Assembly: GCA_045106455.1 (NCBI GenBank)
Contig: JBGCEL010000009.1
Location: 70,790-134,789, forward strand
Direction of reading: 5' to 3'
DNA: 64,000 bases
Origin: Gammaproteobacteria bacterium
GTDB lineage: Bacteria; Pseudomonadota; Gammaproteobacteria; Steroidobacterales; JBCCMA01
The position numbers and the translations under genes are program-made. How positions within the stretch are numbered: the stretch's first letter is position 1; every line of letters begins with the position of its first letter. Shown here piece by piece: positions 48,253 to 59,900 of the stretch. Under the pieces are notes generated by a model that saw nothing but the letters and a program-made list of their open reading frames with translations, did not search any database and had not been told where the DNA came from.

Positions 48253-50308
48253 GGAACTGCGCGCGCAGAGCGTGGAGCAAGGCCAACCGGTTGCGGCGCA
48301 CGTCGGCGTCGTCGGCCATTACCATCACGTCATCAAAAAACGCATCGATCGGCTCGCGCAGCGTGGCCAGATGGCCTAGCGCACCGGCGTAGTCGCGTTG
48401 CGATACGCTGCTGACAACGTCGGATGAGACGGCATTCAATGCTTCGTGCAGTGCGGACTCCGCCGCGTGCTCAAAACGCGCCGGATCGATGTCCGCGACG
48501 GATTCTGTGCTCTTTTTCAAAATGTTCGCGATGCGCTTGTTGGCCGCGATGAGAGACTCAGCAGCGTGCGTGCTTGCAAACGCGCTCACAGCGTCGACCC
48601 GTGCGAGCACATCCGTGGGTTGCGCCGCGTCGATGGAAGCCACGGCATCGAACTGTCCGGCGGTGGCGCCTTGCTCGATGGCCATGCCACGCAGTCGGTC
48701 GCGGAAATAGTCATTCACCAGAGTGGCCAGCGCATCACCAACCGGCCACGTTTTTCCTTTCGGCGGTGTCAGTGCCGGCAGCTGTGCCACGGCGTGTTGC
48801 GTGAGCGCTGCCAGATCAAGATCGAGTTTCGCTTCGCTAATAATGCGCAGGATACCCAGCGCGGCGCGGCGCAAACCGTAAGGATCACGCGTACCGCTGG
48901 GCGGCTTGCCGATCGCAAAGATGCCGCAGATGGTATCGAGTCGATCAGCAATGGCCAGCGCACGACCCACGCCCGTGGTGGGCAGATCGTCGCCTGAGAA
49001 ACGTGGCAGATACTGTTCGGCCATGGCGCTCGCGACATCGGCTGGCTCGTTGTCATGACGCGCGTAGTAGCGCCCCATGATGCCCTGGAGTTCAGGGAAT
49101 TCGCCCACCATCTCGGTCTGTAAATCGCATTTGCACAGATCGGCCGCGCGGGCCGTTTGGGTTGGGTCCGCGTCGATGGCCTTGGCCACCGTCACGGCAA
49201 TAGCGCGAATGCGATCAGCCTTAGCCTTCAAAGAGCCGAGATCTTTTTGAAACAACACCGCGTCGAGTCCGTCGACCCGTGAAGCGAGTGTGGTTTTGCG
49301 ATCCTGAGCGTAGAAAAACTCGGCGTCACTCAGACGCGGACGCACCACGCGCTCGTTGCCGTTACGTACAGCAGAGGGATCTTTGCTTTGAATATTGGAG
49401 AGCGTAATAAACCAAGGCAGCATTTTGCCGTTGGGACCGCGCAGCGGGTAATAGCGCTGGTGATCTTTCAGCGTCGAGATCAACACCTCTTCGGGCAGAT
49501 CAAGAAAGCGCTCATCAAATTGGCCGGCGATGGGCACGGGCCACTCCACCAGCGCCGTCACTTCATAGCCCAGCGCGCCGCCCACGGCTTCACCGCCAAG
49601 CTCGGTGGCCGTATCACGCACCAGCGTTTGAATTTGATCGTAGCGGTCCTGGAAGTCGGCAATCACATGCCCCTGCGTGCGCAGCACCTGCTCATACTCG
49701 CGGGCGTTTTCAAGCTCGATCGGTTCCGGTGCATGGAAGCGGTGTCCGCGTGTGGCGCGACCGCTCTGCGTGCCGAGTATGTCCGCGCGAATGATGTCAT
49801 CGCCCCACAGCATCACGGACCAATGAACGGGACGGACAAACTCAAGCGCGGCTGAGCCCCAGCGCATACGTCGATCAATTGGCAAGCGCTCGAGCGCGCC
49901 GCGTACGATGTCCGGGATCAGATCCACCGCATTTTGTCCCGGCTGTGTGCCTTCAAAATAGAGCCACTCGCCTTTGTCGGTTTTCTCGACGTCGAGTTGA
50001 TCCAGCGGTACGCCGCAGCTCTCCACAAATTTTTGTGCGGCTTTGGTAGGCGCACCGTCTGCATCAAAAGCGACTTTGGTCGGCGGGCCGCGGCGCTTTA
50101 TCTCTACATCCGCCTGACGTTCTTGCAGCGACTCGATCAGTACCGCGAGCCGCCGTGGCGTGGCGTAGGCTTTGCTGCTGGCAAACGACAAATTGGCGTC
50201 GCCAAGTTTGGTCGTAATGTGTTTTTCCAGCGCTTCAGACAGCGCGCTTAACGACTTCGGTGGCAGCTCTTCGGTGCCAAGCTCAAACAAAAAGTCGCGC
50301 GAGCTCAT
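48218..50308 (-). CDS. glyS: Glycine--tRNA ligase beta subunit
   Basis: 696 aa and GlyS-like along its full length ([13 protein letters not shown]...). Confidence 0.97.
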   Translation of the reverse strand: MSSRDFLFELGTEELPPKSLSALSEALEKHITTKLGDANLSFASSKAYATPRRLAVLIESLQERQADVEIKRRGPPTKVAFDADGAPTKAAQKFVESCGVPLDQLDVEKTDKGEWLYFEGTQPGQNAVDLIPDIVRGALERLPIDRRMRWGSAALEFVRPVHWSVMLWGDDIIRADILGTQSGRATRGHRFHAPEPIELENAREYEQVLRTQGHVIADFQDRYDQIQTLVRDTATELGGEAVGGALGYEVTALVEWPVPIAGQFDERFLDLPEEVLISTLKDHQRYYPLRGPNGKMLPWFITLSNIQSKDPSAVRNGNERVVRPRLSDAEFFYAQDRKTTLASRVDGLDAVLFQKDLGSLKAKADRIRAIAVTVAKAIDADPTQTARAADLCKCDLQTEMVGEFPELQGIMGRYYARHDNEPADVASAMAEQYLPRFSGDDLPTTGVGRALAIADRLDTICGIFAIGKPPSGTRDPYGLRRAALGILRIISEAKLDLDLAALTQHAVAQLPALTPPKGKTWPVGDALATLVNDYFRDRLRGMAIEQGATAGQFDAVASIDAAQPTDVLARVDAVSAFASTHAAESLIAANKRIANILKKSTESVADIDPARFEHAAESALHEALNAVSSDVVSSVSQRDYAGALGHLATLREPIDAFFDDVMVMADDADVRRNRLALLHALRAQFLGVADISLAAQ

Positions 50309-51246
50309 GCTGCACCGGCCTGCGTGTTCACCAGAGGAAAACCAACCGCTTCGCGACTGGCGTAATAAAGCTTGGCCACATCACGGGCCATCGTGCGTAC
50401 GCGCAAAATGTAGGCCTGACGTTCAGTGACCGAAATGGCGTGGCGTGCATCGAGCAGGTTAAACGCATGTGAGGCACGCAGCACTTGTTCGTACGCGGGC
50501 AGTGGCAGTTCGGCGGTGAGGAGTTTCGCGCACTCCTTTTCGCAGGTATCAAACTCACCGAACAACGCATCGGTATCAGCGAAGTCAAAGTTGTACGCTG
50601 ACATTTCTTTTTCGTTTTGCAGGTATACATCGCCGTAGGTCACGGTGCCGGCCGGACCGTGGGTCCACACGAGATCGAAAATACTTTCTACGCCCTGCAG
50701 GTACATAGCGATGCGTTCAAGACCGTAGGTGAGTTCGCCGGTGACCGGCTTACAGTCCAGGCCACCGGTTTGCTGAAAGTACGTGAACTGTGTGACTTCC
50801 ATGCCGTTGAGCCACACTTCCCAACCAAGCCCCCAGGCACCGAGCGTGGGCGATTCCCAGTTGTCTTCGACGAAACGCACGTCGTGGGTGAGCGTGTCCA
50901 ACCCAAGCGCGCGCAGTGAATCAAGGTATTGATCCATGATGTCCGGCGGCGACGGTTTCAAAATGACCTGAAACTGATAGTAGTGCTGCAGCCGAAACGG
51001 GTTTTCGCCGTAGCGACCGTCTGTGGGGCGGCGGCAGGGTTGTACGTAGGCCGCATTCCACGGCTCTGGGCCAATGCTGCGCAAAAAGGTACCTGGATGA
51101 AACGTACCGGCGCCCATGGGCAGATCGGCCGGCTGCAATATGACGCAGCCGCGCTGTGCCCAATAATTTTGCAGTGCAAGAATCAGACCCTGGAAAGTCT
51201 CGGGCGGTTTGCTAAGCGGTGTGACGTCAGGCGCGGTCATGCGCAC
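50305..51246 (-). CDS. glyQ: Glycine--tRNA ligase alpha subunit
   Basis: 313 aa and highly conserved GlyQ ([22 protein letters not shown]...). It overlaps glyS by 4 nt. Confidence 0.97.
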   Translation of the reverse strand: MRMTAPDVTPLSKPPETFQGLILALQNYWAQRGCVILQPADLPMGAGTFHPGTFLRSIGPEPWNAAYVQPCRRPTDGRYGENPFRLQHYYQFQVILKPSPPDIMDQYLDSLRALGLDTLTHDVRFVEDNWESPTLGAWGLGWEVWLNGMEVTQFTYFQQTGGLDCKPVTGELTYGLERIAMYLQGVESIFDLVWTHGPAGTVTYGDVYLQNEKEMSAYNFDFADTDALFGEFDTCEKECAKLLTAELPLPAYEQVLRASHAFNLLDARHAISVTERQAYILRVRTMARDVAKLYYASREAVGFPLVNTQAGAA

Positions 51247-51463
51247 GGCTCCTTATTTAACGCAGCGCGAAAGTATAGCGACACAATGCCCCGTGCACTA
51301 CGTGCGGATGGGCGCACCGCGCTGGAGCAGGTGTGATCAAAGTCCATGTGCTGCGGCCCCAAATGCCCCATAATGGCCCGTGTTTCGATTTAGGTGCACC
51401 ATGATAGGGCGTTGCCGTGGCGATTGAGTGCCGCAAACCTATTAAAATCATGCGGTTACATCG

Positions 51464-51479
51464 TGGCACGGTTCCTGCA
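51464..51479 (+). promoter_or_regulatory. Sigma54-type promoter (glnAp2-like) upstream of glnA
   Basis: TGGCAC-ggttc-CTGCA gives the correct GG-N10-GC spacing, about 100 nt upstream of the glnA ATG. A GGTGCACC palindrome at 51393..51400 and GCAC-rich repeats at about 51293..51318 could be NtrC sites. Confidence 0.6.
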
Positions 51480-51582
51480 CTACAACGCAGGGTATTCACA
51501 GGATAAATTAGCTGCGAGCACCGAAATGGCGCGTGGACGGCTTATTTATTGCGTAACACTTTTCTATCGGAGCAATTGACCC

Positions 51583-52992
51583 ATGGCATCCCCGGATATT
51601 CTCAAGCAGATCAAAGAAGACGACATCAAGTTTGTGGATTTGCGATTCACCGACACCAAAGGTAAGGAACACCACGTGACGGTTCCCGCTCACCAGATCG
51701 ACGACAGCTTTCTGGAAGAGGGCAAGATGTTCGACGGTTCGTCGATCAACGGTTGGAAGGGCATTAACGAGTCAGACATGATTCTGATGCCGGACATGAG
51801 CACCATCGTGCGTGACGTGTTCTCGGAAGAGCCCACCTTGAATCTGCGCTGCGACGTCATTGAGCCGGCCACGGGCCAGGGCTATGAACGCGACCCGCGT
51901 TCGCTCGCCAAGCGTGCCGAGGCCTACCTCAAGAGCACTGGAATCGCCGATTCGGCGCTGTTTGGTCCGGAGAACGAATTCTTCGTCTTTGATGACGTGA
52001 AATGGGACGACCGCGTGGGTCACTCCAGTTTTTCTGTCGACTCGCAGGAAGCGAGCTGGAATTCGTCGAAAGACTATCCGGACAACAACACGGGTCATCG
52101 CCCGGGTCCAAAAGGCGGCTATTTCCCCGTCCCGCCGGTCGATTCGCTGCACGATCTGCGCTCCGCTATGTGCCTTGCGATCGAAGACATGGGCGTGATG
52201 ACCGAAGTGCATCACCACGAAGTGGCGACCGCCGGTCAGTGCGAAATTGGGACGCGCTTTAACTCGCTGGTCAATAAAGCCGACGAAGTGCAGATCTTTA
52301 AATACTGCGTGTTGAACGTCGCCCACGTGTTTGGCAAGACTGCAACGTTTATGCCCAAGCCTCTGGTTGGTGATAACGGCAACGGCATGCACATTCACCA
52401 GTCGTTGGTGAAAGATGGCAAAAACCTCTTCACCGGTGACGAATACGGTGGTTTGAGTGAGACGGCGCTGTATTACATCGGTGGCATCATCAAGCACGCG
52501 CGCGCGCTTAACGCGTTCGCCAACGCCAGCACCAACAGCTACAAGCGTTTGGTACCAGGCTTTGAAGCACCCGTGAAGCTGGCTTACTCCGCGCGCAATC
52601 GTTCGGCCTCTATTCGTGTGCCGTACATCCCGAACCCGAAAGCGCGCCGTATTGAAGTGCGTTTCCCGGATTCGACCGCGAACCCCTACTTCGCCTTTGC
52701 TTCCATGCTGATGGCCGGCCTTGACGGCATCCAGAATAAGATCCACCCGGGCGAAGCCATGGACAAGGATCTGTACGACCTTCCACCGGAAGAAGAGAAG
52801 CTGATCCCGGAAGTGGCGTTCTCGTTTGATGACGCGCTGCAGGCGCTGTCGGATGACCGTGAATTCCTGAAGGCCGGCGACGTGTTCACCGACGATGTGA
52901 TCGATGCCTACATCGATCTCAAGAGCGAAGACGTGCAGCGACTGCGCATGTCGACGCATCCCGTCGAATTTGACATGTATTACAGCCTCTAA
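51583..52992 (+). CDS. glnA: Glutamine synthetase type I
   Basis: 469 aa and canonical GSI-beta, with the adenylylation-site context ([11 protein letters not shown]). Confidence 0.98.
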   Translation: MASPDILKQIKEDDIKFVDLRFTDTKGKEHHVTVPAHQIDDSFLEEGKMFDGSSINGWKGINESDMILMPDMSTIVRDVFSEEPTLNLRCDVIEPATGQGYERDPRSLAKRAEAYLKSTGIADSALFGPENEFFVFDDVKWDDRVGHSSFSVDSQEASWNSSKDYPDNNTGHRPGPKGGYFPVPPVDSLHDLRSAMCLAIEDMGVMTEVHHHEVATAGQCEIGTRFNSLVNKADEVQIFKYCVLNVAHVFGKTATFMPKPLVGDNGNGMHIHQSLVKDGKNLFTGDEYGGLSETALYYIGGIIKHARALNAFANASTNSYKRLVPGFEAPVKLAYSARNRSASIRVPYIPNPKARRIEVRFPDSTANPYFAFASMLMAGLDGIQNKIHPGEAMDKDLYDLPPEEEKLIPEVAFSFDDALQALSDDREFLKAGDVFTDDVIDAYIDLKSEDVQRLRMSTHPVEFDMYYSL

Positions 52993-53004
52993 AGCCCAAA
53001 ATGT

Positions 53005-53036
53005 GACGGGGTGCCGGAATCTCTGGCCCCCGTCTT
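53005..53036 (+). terminator. Possible terminator/attenuator hairpin after glnA
   Basis: GACGGGG-t-GCC...GGC-CCCCGTC stem (53005..53034) followed only by a short TT. The T-tract is weak. Confidence 0.4.
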
Positions 53037-53072
53037 GGTCAAATCAGGTGTTAACCGCTACCATGCCCAATT

Positions 53073-53654
53073 ATGCAAAACCGGTTTCTCACCTTTGGTT
53101 TGATTTGTCTGTTGTTCACCTGCGGGTGGGCAGCGGCTCAGAACAGTCCGTCCAAGACCTATCGCTGGGTCGACGCCGACGGCGTTACCCATTTCTCCGA
53201 CTCACCGCGACCCGGCAGTCAGAATCCGTCGAGCGACGAGTACGAGATTCGAGCGCCGAATGTGAGTCGTTCCCAGTACCGGCGGCGTCCGCCGCGCGAA
53301 AGCGACCCGCGCGCCTCCAACGATTCGGACGGCGGCCCCGCGGCGCCACCACCGACCGGCTACCAGCAGATGCAGATCACCTCGCCGCGCGAGGGCGAGA
53401 CGCTGTGGAATATCGGTGGCTCACTGAATGTATCGGTCCAGCTCACTCCCGGATTGAACGAGGGACATGGTGTGGTCATCATCATGGACGGTCGCGTAAT
53501 GACGCCGCAGCCAGTACGCAGCACCTCGGTCAACATCAGCGGTGTGTACCGTGGTGCGCACACCGTGGTGGCCGCGGTGCGCAGTCTGGACGGGCAGCAG
53601 CACATTGCGAGCCCGCCGGTGCGTTTTATCGTGCAGCAAAGCACCGTCAACTAA
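53073..53654 (+). CDS. DUF4124 domain periplasmic protein
   Basis: Signal peptide plus the DUF4124 hallmark YRWVDADGVTHFSDSP. It sits between glnA and ntrB. Confidence 0.75.
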   Translation: MQNRFLTFGLICLLFTCGWAAAQNSPSKTYRWVDADGVTHFSDSPRPGSQNPSSDEYEIRAPNVSRSQYRRRPPRESDPRASNDSDGGPAAPPPTGYQQMQITSPREGETLWNIGGSLNVSVQLTPGLNEGHGVVIIMDGRVMTPQPVRSTSVNISGVYRGAHTVVAAVRSLDGQQHIASPPVRFIVQQSTVN

Positions 53655-53673
53655 CTCCGGAACTCATCCACTG

Positions 53674-54765
53674 ATGGTCGTCACGATGACGGCCAACGAA
53701 ACCACCGCCACCGAAGTCCTGGACGCGCTGGCGGCGGGCGTCGTACTGCTTGATGCGACGCTGTGTATCGAAACGGCTAACGCTGCGGCCGAGCGACTGC
53801 TGCGCACCACGCGCGCGCAGCTAGCCGGCCGCGCGCTGCACAGTGCCCTGCGTGATGCCGACGCGTTGCACGCGCTGTGTCAGCGTGCCGGTGAGGAAAA
53901 CCGCACCGTGGTGTTGCGCGAGTTCGCCATCCATCCAGCCAATAGCCTGAATCCCACCGTGACCGTCGATGTGTATGCATCGCCGCACACGCACGGCCGG
54001 GTACTGCTAGAAATTCTCGACAACGAACTGCAGGTGCAGATTGAGCGCGAAAATCGGCTGCGTGAACAGCGCGGCATTGGTCGTACCATCGCGCGCCAGC
54101 TGGCACATGAAATTAAAAACCCACTGGGCGGTTTGCGCGGCGCTGCGCAGCTTCTGGCCAAACGTCTCGGCACGCGCGAGCTGACGGATTTTACCGATGT
54201 GATTATCCGGGAGTCGGATCGGCTTGTGGCATTGGTGGACACGATGCTGGGTCCTACGGGTCCCACCAACTATTCGATCGTTAACGTGCATCAATTGCTG
54301 CAGCATGTGGCCACCCTGGTGCAGGCCGAGGCCGGCGACGAGCTGCGCATCGTTGAAGATTATGACCCGAGCCTGCCGGACATTCGTCTCGATCAGGATC
54401 AGATAATTCAGGCGTTTCTTAATGTAGTGCGTAATGCGCTGCAGGCCATCGATGGCGAGGGCACGATCACGTTGCGCACGCGCGCCGTCACGGGATTTAC
54501 GATTGCTGAAAAACGCCACTCCTTGGTTGTGCGGATCGACATCATGGACAGTGGGCCTGGCATTGATCCGACCGTGCGCGATCGAATGTTTTTACCGCTG
54601 GTGACCCATCGCCCGCAGGGCACGGGCCTCGGTCTGCCCGTTGCGCAGGATCTTGTTAGTCGTCACGGCGGGCTGATCAACGTGACCAGCGATACCCCAA
54701 CCGTATTTAGTCTTTACCTACCTTATCTGCGCGCAGGCGCAGCGCATGGAGATTCTTCACCATGA
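53674..54765 (+). CDS. glnL: Nitrogen regulation sensor histidine kinase NtrB
   Basis: PAS domain, H-box (LAHEIKNPLGGLRGAAQLL) and HATPase domain. The start is trimmed to ATG 53674, because the ORF-track start at 53542 overlaps the DUF4124 gene. Confidence 0.9.
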   Translation: MVVTMTANETTATEVLDALAAGVVLLDATLCIETANAAAERLLRTTRAQLAGRALHSALRDADALHALCQRAGEENRTVVLREFAIHPANSLNPTVTVDVYASPHTHGRVLLEILDNELQVQIERENRLREQRGIGRTIARQLAHEIKNPLGGLRGAAQLLAKRLGTRELTDFTDVIIRESDRLVALVDTMLGPTGPTNYSIVNVHQLLQHVATLVQAEAGDELRIVEDYDPSLPDIRLDQDQIIQAFLNVVRNALQAIDGEGTITLRTRAVTGFTIAEKRHSLVVRIDIMDSGPGIDPTVRDRMFLPLVTHRPQGTGLGLPVAQDLVSRHGGLINVTSDTPTVFSLYLPYLRAGAAHGDSSP

Positions 54766-56150
54766 ACGCAAAGAACATTGATGTCTGGCTCGTCGACGAC
54801 GATGCATCCATTCGCTGGGTGCTGGAACAGTCGTTACGCGATGCCGGCATGAAACCGACCAGCTTTGAAGGCGCCGCCAAATTTCTGCGGGCGCTTAAAA
54901 ACCGTCGACCCGACGTGGTGATCACCGACATTCGCATGCCGGGAATGAGCGGACTAGAACTGCTTAGCGAACTGCAACAAAGTGATCCAGATTTACCGGT
55001 TATTGTGACCACCGCGCACAGTGATTTGGATCATGCGGTCGACTCTTATCAGGCCGGTGCGTTCGAGTATCTGCCCAAGCCGTTTGATATCGACGAGGCG
55101 GTAGATTTGGTGCGACGTGCGGCGCGACGTGTCGTGCGTGCACCCGAAAGTGTGAGCAGCACCATGCAGCTGTCCAATATTATCGGGAAGGCACCTGCGA
55201 TGCAGGAGGTCTATCGCGCTATCGGACGACTGTCGAAATCCGCGATGACGGTATTGATCACCGGTGAGAGCGGCACCGGCAAAGAGCTTATTGCGAACGC
55301 CCTGCACGAGCACTCGCCACGTCATCGAGCGCCTTTTGTGGCGCTGAACACCTCTGCAATCCCCGCCGAGTTGTTGGAGTCCGAATTGTTCGGGCATGAA
55401 AAAGGCGCGTTTACCGGCGCTGATCGCCAGCGCGTTGGGCGTTTTGAGCAGGCCAATGGCGGCACGCTGTTTCTGGATGAAATCGGGGATATGCCGGCGC
55501 CGTTGCAAACGCGACTGTTACGCGTCCTGGCCGAGGGAGAGTTCTATCGTGTGGGTGGGCAGATGCCGATCAATGTCGACACCCGCGTGATCGCGGCCAC
55601 GCATCAGGATCTTGATGCACTGGTCGCCAGTGGCGATTTTCGTGAAGACCTTTATCACCGCCTCAATGTCATTCAAATTGAAGCGCCGCCGCTGCGTAAG
55701 CGGCGCGAGGACATCGATGCGCTGATGACGCATTATCTCGCGGAGGCCGCGCGTGAAATTGGTGTGCCGCCTAAAGCCCTCACGGCGAATGCCAAGACGG
55801 TGTTGATGAACCTCGAATGGCCCGGCAACGTACGTCAGCTGGTGAATGTCTGCCGGCGCTTGACCGCGCTGGCACCAGGGCGCGAGATTCGGGTGCATGA
55901 TATTCCGAAAGACTTAGGGTCGGGTGCGCCGGTAGATCAGACGGACTGGTCGATGCATCTGGCACGCTGGGCCGCACACCATCTGGAAACCACCACCACA
56001 CCATTGCTTAACAATGCCGTTCCGATCTTCGAGAAAACGCTGATTCGTGCCGCGCTGGCCAAGACTCGCGGCAAACGTCAGCAGGCGGCGCGTCTGCTTG
56101 GCTGGGGCCGCAATACGCTAACGCGCAAGATCAAAGAACTCGATATGTAG
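54762..56150 (+). CDS. glnG: Nitrogen regulation response regulator NtrC (sigma54 activator)
   Basis: REC domain (VITDIRMPGMSG), AAA+ domain (GESGTGKE, with the GAFTGA loop) and a C-terminal Fis-type HTH. Confidence 0.95.
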   Translation: MNAKNIDVWLVDDDASIRWVLEQSLRDAGMKPTSFEGAAKFLRALKNRRPDVVITDIRMPGMSGLELLSELQQSDPDLPVIVTTAHSDLDHAVDSYQAGAFEYLPKPFDIDEAVDLVRRAARRVVRAPESVSSTMQLSNIIGKAPAMQEVYRAIGRLSKSAMTVLITGESGTGKELIANALHEHSPRHRAPFVALNTSAIPAELLESELFGHEKGAFTGADRQRVGRFEQANGGTLFLDEIGDMPAPLQTRLLRVLAEGEFYRVGGQMPINVDTRVIAATHQDLDALVASGDFREDLYHRLNVIQIEAPPLRKRREDIDALMTHYLAEAAREIGVPPKALTANAKTVLMNLEWPGNVRQLVNVCRRLTALAPGREIRVHDIPKDLGSGAPVDQTDWSMHLARWAAHHLETTTTPLLNNAVPIFEKTLIRAALAKTRGKRQQAARLLGWGRNTLTRKIKELDM

Positions 56151-56176
56151 GCCGCAGCCGGCTCAAATCGCAGACG

Positions 56177-56212
56177 AAAAAAAACGGCGCCATCAAGGCG
56201 CCGTTTTCTTTT
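56177..56212. terminator. Bidirectional rho-independent terminator (ntrC / PEP-CTERM gene)
   Basis: AAAAAAAACGGCGCC-atcaa-GGCGCCGTTTTCTTTT is a GC-rich stem flanked by an A-tract and a T-tract. Confidence 0.7.
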
Positions 56213-56228
56213 AACGCTTATGCGTGGA

Positions 56229-56798
56229 TCAGGCTTTGCGGCGCAGACCCAAGAAGCCCAGCAGCGCAGGACCAAACAGCAACAGGGCACCAGGAACAGG
56301 AACCACTGCCAGCTTGCCGGCGCCGTTGGCGATTTGAAACGTTTCGCCGTTGACCGTAACCGAAGCGTTCCAGAAACCCGAACCGAAGTTCAGCGTCACC
56401 ATGGTGGTTTCCAGTTCGCCAAACAGGTTGTCGGCAGAAACAACCAGCGAGCCGCCGGTCACTTCGAGATTGTCGTCGAGGTTGATCGTGCTGCTCAGCG
56501 CAGTCGAGTTACCGCTGTTGATCATCAGGGCGCCGCCCAGATTGAAATCATAGTTGACGATGTCGCCGGTGCCGATCTGGCCGCCATCGGGGATGACTGC
56601 CGATTCGTTGGCGATGATCGTGCCGCTAACAGCGTCGCCTGCGAACAGGTCGGTGCCGCAAGGCAGGAAATCGGTATCAGGGCAGCTCAGCAGTACACCG
56701 CTGAAACCCAGTTGAACGGTGCTGGCCTGCGCCGAAACACCCATCATCAGCATCGCGCCTAGGGCGGACGCGGCGAAAATACGTTTAATTTTGATCAT
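56229..56798 (-). CDS. PEP-CTERM sorting-domain secreted protein
   Basis: Signal peptide MIKIKRIFAASALGAMLMMGVSAQA. The C-terminus VPVPGALLLFGPALLGFLGLRRKA combines the PEP-like motif, a TM segment and a basic tail. An AGGAA ribosome-binding site is present. Confidence 0.8.
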   Translation of the reverse strand: MIKIKRIFAASALGAMLMMGVSAQASTVQLGFSGVLLSCPDTDFLPCGTDLFAGDAVSGTIIANESAVIPDGGQIGTGDIVNYDFNLGGALMINSGNSTALSSTINLDDNLEVTGGSLVVSADNLFGELETTMVTLNFGSGFWNASVTVNGETFQIANGAGKLAVVPVPGALLLFGPALLGFLGLRRKA

Positions 56799-56969
56799 TA
56801 TTGTTCCTATTCGGCCTTTACTAAGACCTTATTGTTGCTGACGGATCTTCACGCCGGTCGTATTCCCTACGCCAGCTGTTTTGGAAGACACGTCGGTGAC
56901 TCTCCTGATGGGAATTATACAAAATTCAGCCTTCAGGGGAAGTCTTATGTCTGATTAATATAAAAGACC

Positions 56970-59900
56970 CTATTTTTCAATGGTATACAAAACATCAATC
57001 GACTGGATATCGGAGCTGCCGGCCTCAAGTGCGAGCCTTCGCGACAAACGGTAGCGCAGAAGGATCGCGCCCAGGTTTGAAAAGACCCCATAGCTGTACC
57101 TTATATAGAGTCGGTCATTGAGCTGTTTGCCGGCGACAAGCTCGGCCGTATCGACGTCATCGCCGCCCACCGACAGCTCATCGAGGCCAAGGCCCGAGGC
57201 GAGCCGCGTGGTCAGCGGTGAGGACTGCGACATGCCAATGGCAAGTGCAGCCTGACTTAAGGCCTCACCTTCGGCCCCCGATGTGTCGCCCGCCGCGCGG
57301 CCCAGCAGCAGGTAAGACAGGGCGTCGGTTTGCGAGGTTGTCGGATCCGTGAAAATCGAAATCTCCGGCGCCGCCGCCGGTCCTGCGACCATTACGCCCG
57401 CGGTGAGCTCCGCACCGGCTTCATTGATCGTGCGGGCCGCGCGAAGATCGAGCGTCGGGTTGTCGATGGGACCAGCATAAATAAGATTGCCGCGTTCTAT
57501 TTGCAGTTTCTGCCCGTAGGCGGCGTAGCGGCCTTCGGCCAAGAAGATGCGTCCGTCCAGTCGCGGCGGTTGATCGGCATTCAGGCGCACGCGCAGGTCG
57601 CCACCCACGTCGGCATCCAGTCCCAAAGCAAACACGTGAACGTCGTCACCCAGAGTGACCCGAATGTCGCCATCGAACGGTAGCGCGAATTTATCGGTGA
57701 CCGTGCGACCGGTCACCACGATATCGTCTGATGGTCGCACCACATCGGGCGGCAGTTCGCGCACTCGAATGTCGGCCCGCGGCACGCGCACATCGCCGCT
57801 CAAATTTACGCCCTTGGCCGATGCGTTCAGTGTGAGCGCCGGCGAGAGCCACAGTTGGTAGTCAGCCGCATTAAAGGCCTGCACGTCTTCTCCATTGACG
57901 TCGAGCGACAAGACGCGTTGTGGCGCCCACGGCTGTTCTACCGTGCCCTCGAACTGCAGCGCGCCACCGCCGGAATTGGCCGCGCCTTTCAGTGCTAATT
58001 CGCCGCTATCGGTTGTGCGCGCCGCCAACTGCATTTGCTCAAGCTGCAGCCCGGCCGCGGTATAGGTCAGAGCGCCATTTTCAAATTCAACATTGCCAGC
58101 AATTTTCGGGTCGGCAGCGCTGCCGTCAAGATCGAGCATGGCCTTAAGTGTGCCGGCAAGATTCGACACGCCGGACAACCACGGTGTGAGCCAACTTACG
58201 TCCTTCATGTCGGCACGCAATTGCCCTTCAATGGGCGAGGCGCCGAGTTGGTCGGGTCGCAGAGCAGTGAGATTGGCCTGCACGTTTAGTCCGAAGTCGC
58301 CCTCAATTTGCAGGTTTGCTGTGGCCGCGTCCGAGGCTTGTTCCACCTGCAGCGCGACGACGGGCAACGACAGGCGCCGACTGCCGTCCGCGGAGCGCAG
58401 CTTCAATACCGTGTTGTTTTGCGTCCAGTTCACACGGCCGCGCCAGACGCCGCTGCGCTGCTTGGCATCGATCTGCGCGCCAACGCTGCCGGCGATACTC
58501 ACGTCCGGCGGCAAAAAACCGGCGGCGAGTCCCAGCGGCAAATCGGCCAAATCAATCCGCGCGCTCAGATCGCCGTCTATTTGTTGCAGTTCATGCACCT
58601 GTGCAAACGCGTCGTCACTTTGCCAGCGGTGTGGATCAATGGTGAGGGAGCCCGGCGTAGCGCGAATCTCGACCGGTTGCGCCACCGACCAGGTACCAAG
58701 ATCTTCTGCATTCACTACGGCGTTCTGAATGCGCACGACCGTCTGTGTCGAGGTTGGCGCGATCGTTGCGACCACTGTTGCATCGAGTGCCGGGTTGTCC
58801 AGCTCGGCCGATAGTTCAACGACATCGAGGGTGCCGCCAAGTTGCAGCGCCAAGGTGCCAAGCTCGAGCGTATCGCGCTTCATGTCGCGCAGTGTTGCGC
58901 TACCCGAGACAGCACGGCTTTTATCGATGTCGAGATTGAAGTCGGCCGCGGCGAGCGTCTGTCCGGCAAAAGAAACCGTGCCGGCCTCGCCGTTTGCAGT
59001 AATCACGGGGCTTTGTGGATGTCCGCGGATAGTCGCGACGGCGGCAATTGAGCCGGACACGCGTGGATCCAACTGCTCGAGCGACGGCAACGTGACCGTC
59101 GCATTGAGATCTAGCGCCTGCACGTTGGCCGTACCGTTTAGCGCAAGTAAATTGTCGCCCAGCGCCACAGACGCATCGTCGATCACGAGCTGATCGCCAG
59201 CACGCTGAACCTGACCACCGCCCGTAAGCTCATAGCCATTGATATTGCCCGCGAGGTTCTTGATGGTGACATCAAAACTCTGTGCGCTGTCGCCAACGAC
59301 GGTCAGATCGGTCTGCATGCTGCCGGTCACTTGTGCGTTGAGCAGTGCGGCGTCCAGATGCGCGACAGCGACATCCAACTCAAACAGCGGCGCGTTACCC
59401 GGCGCAATGCGCCCGCCAAGTGAGGCCCTCAACTGAGCGCCGCTGGCCGCAAGCGAATCGATGGCAAGTGCGCCGTCGACAAAATGCAGACGCCCGGTCA
59501 CCTCAGTGCTCTGCAGTGGGTCTGCAGCGAGGCGCGCGTTAAGCGTGATTTTTGAATCGCTCGGCGTGCCGGTGTGACTGAGACTACCTTGACGAATATC
59601 CATCGTCTCAATGACGCACGGCTCGACGCAGGTATGGCGCAGTTCAATGGCCGGTTCGATACGGCCCAGCAGTTTGATGCTGCCGCTGCTGTCGATTTGA
59701 TACGGACCGGTGAGCTCGTGGGAGAGGGCAAGCGATTTAAGTGAGCCTTGTGCAGAGAGCGTTCCGGTCAGAGACTGCTCTGGATAGGCCCAACTCAAAA
59801 GGCTCGATACACGCACGTCGCCGTGCGTATCAATTTGTGCGTCACCGGTTAACGTACCGCCATTCGTGGCGGCCGCCAGATGGCTGATCGTGATGCTCGT

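Noticed and set aside
51772-52959. 395-codon ORF antisense to glnA
   Set aside because: It lies entirely opposite a highly conserved, unambiguous glnA. Its translation is low-complexity and rich in R, V and H, which is typical of stop-free antisense frames in GC-rich genes. It has no recognisable domain.
53542-53673. Upstream extension of ntrB overlapping the DUF4124 gene
   Set aside because: The extension overlaps the 3' end of the DUF4124 ORF in another frame. NtrB similarity begins only after the ATG at 53674.
56930-56969. Possible terminator hairpin right after tamB
   Set aside because: The flanking GGGAAGTCTT and AAAAGACCC segments are not actually complementary when paired, so no convincing stem forms.
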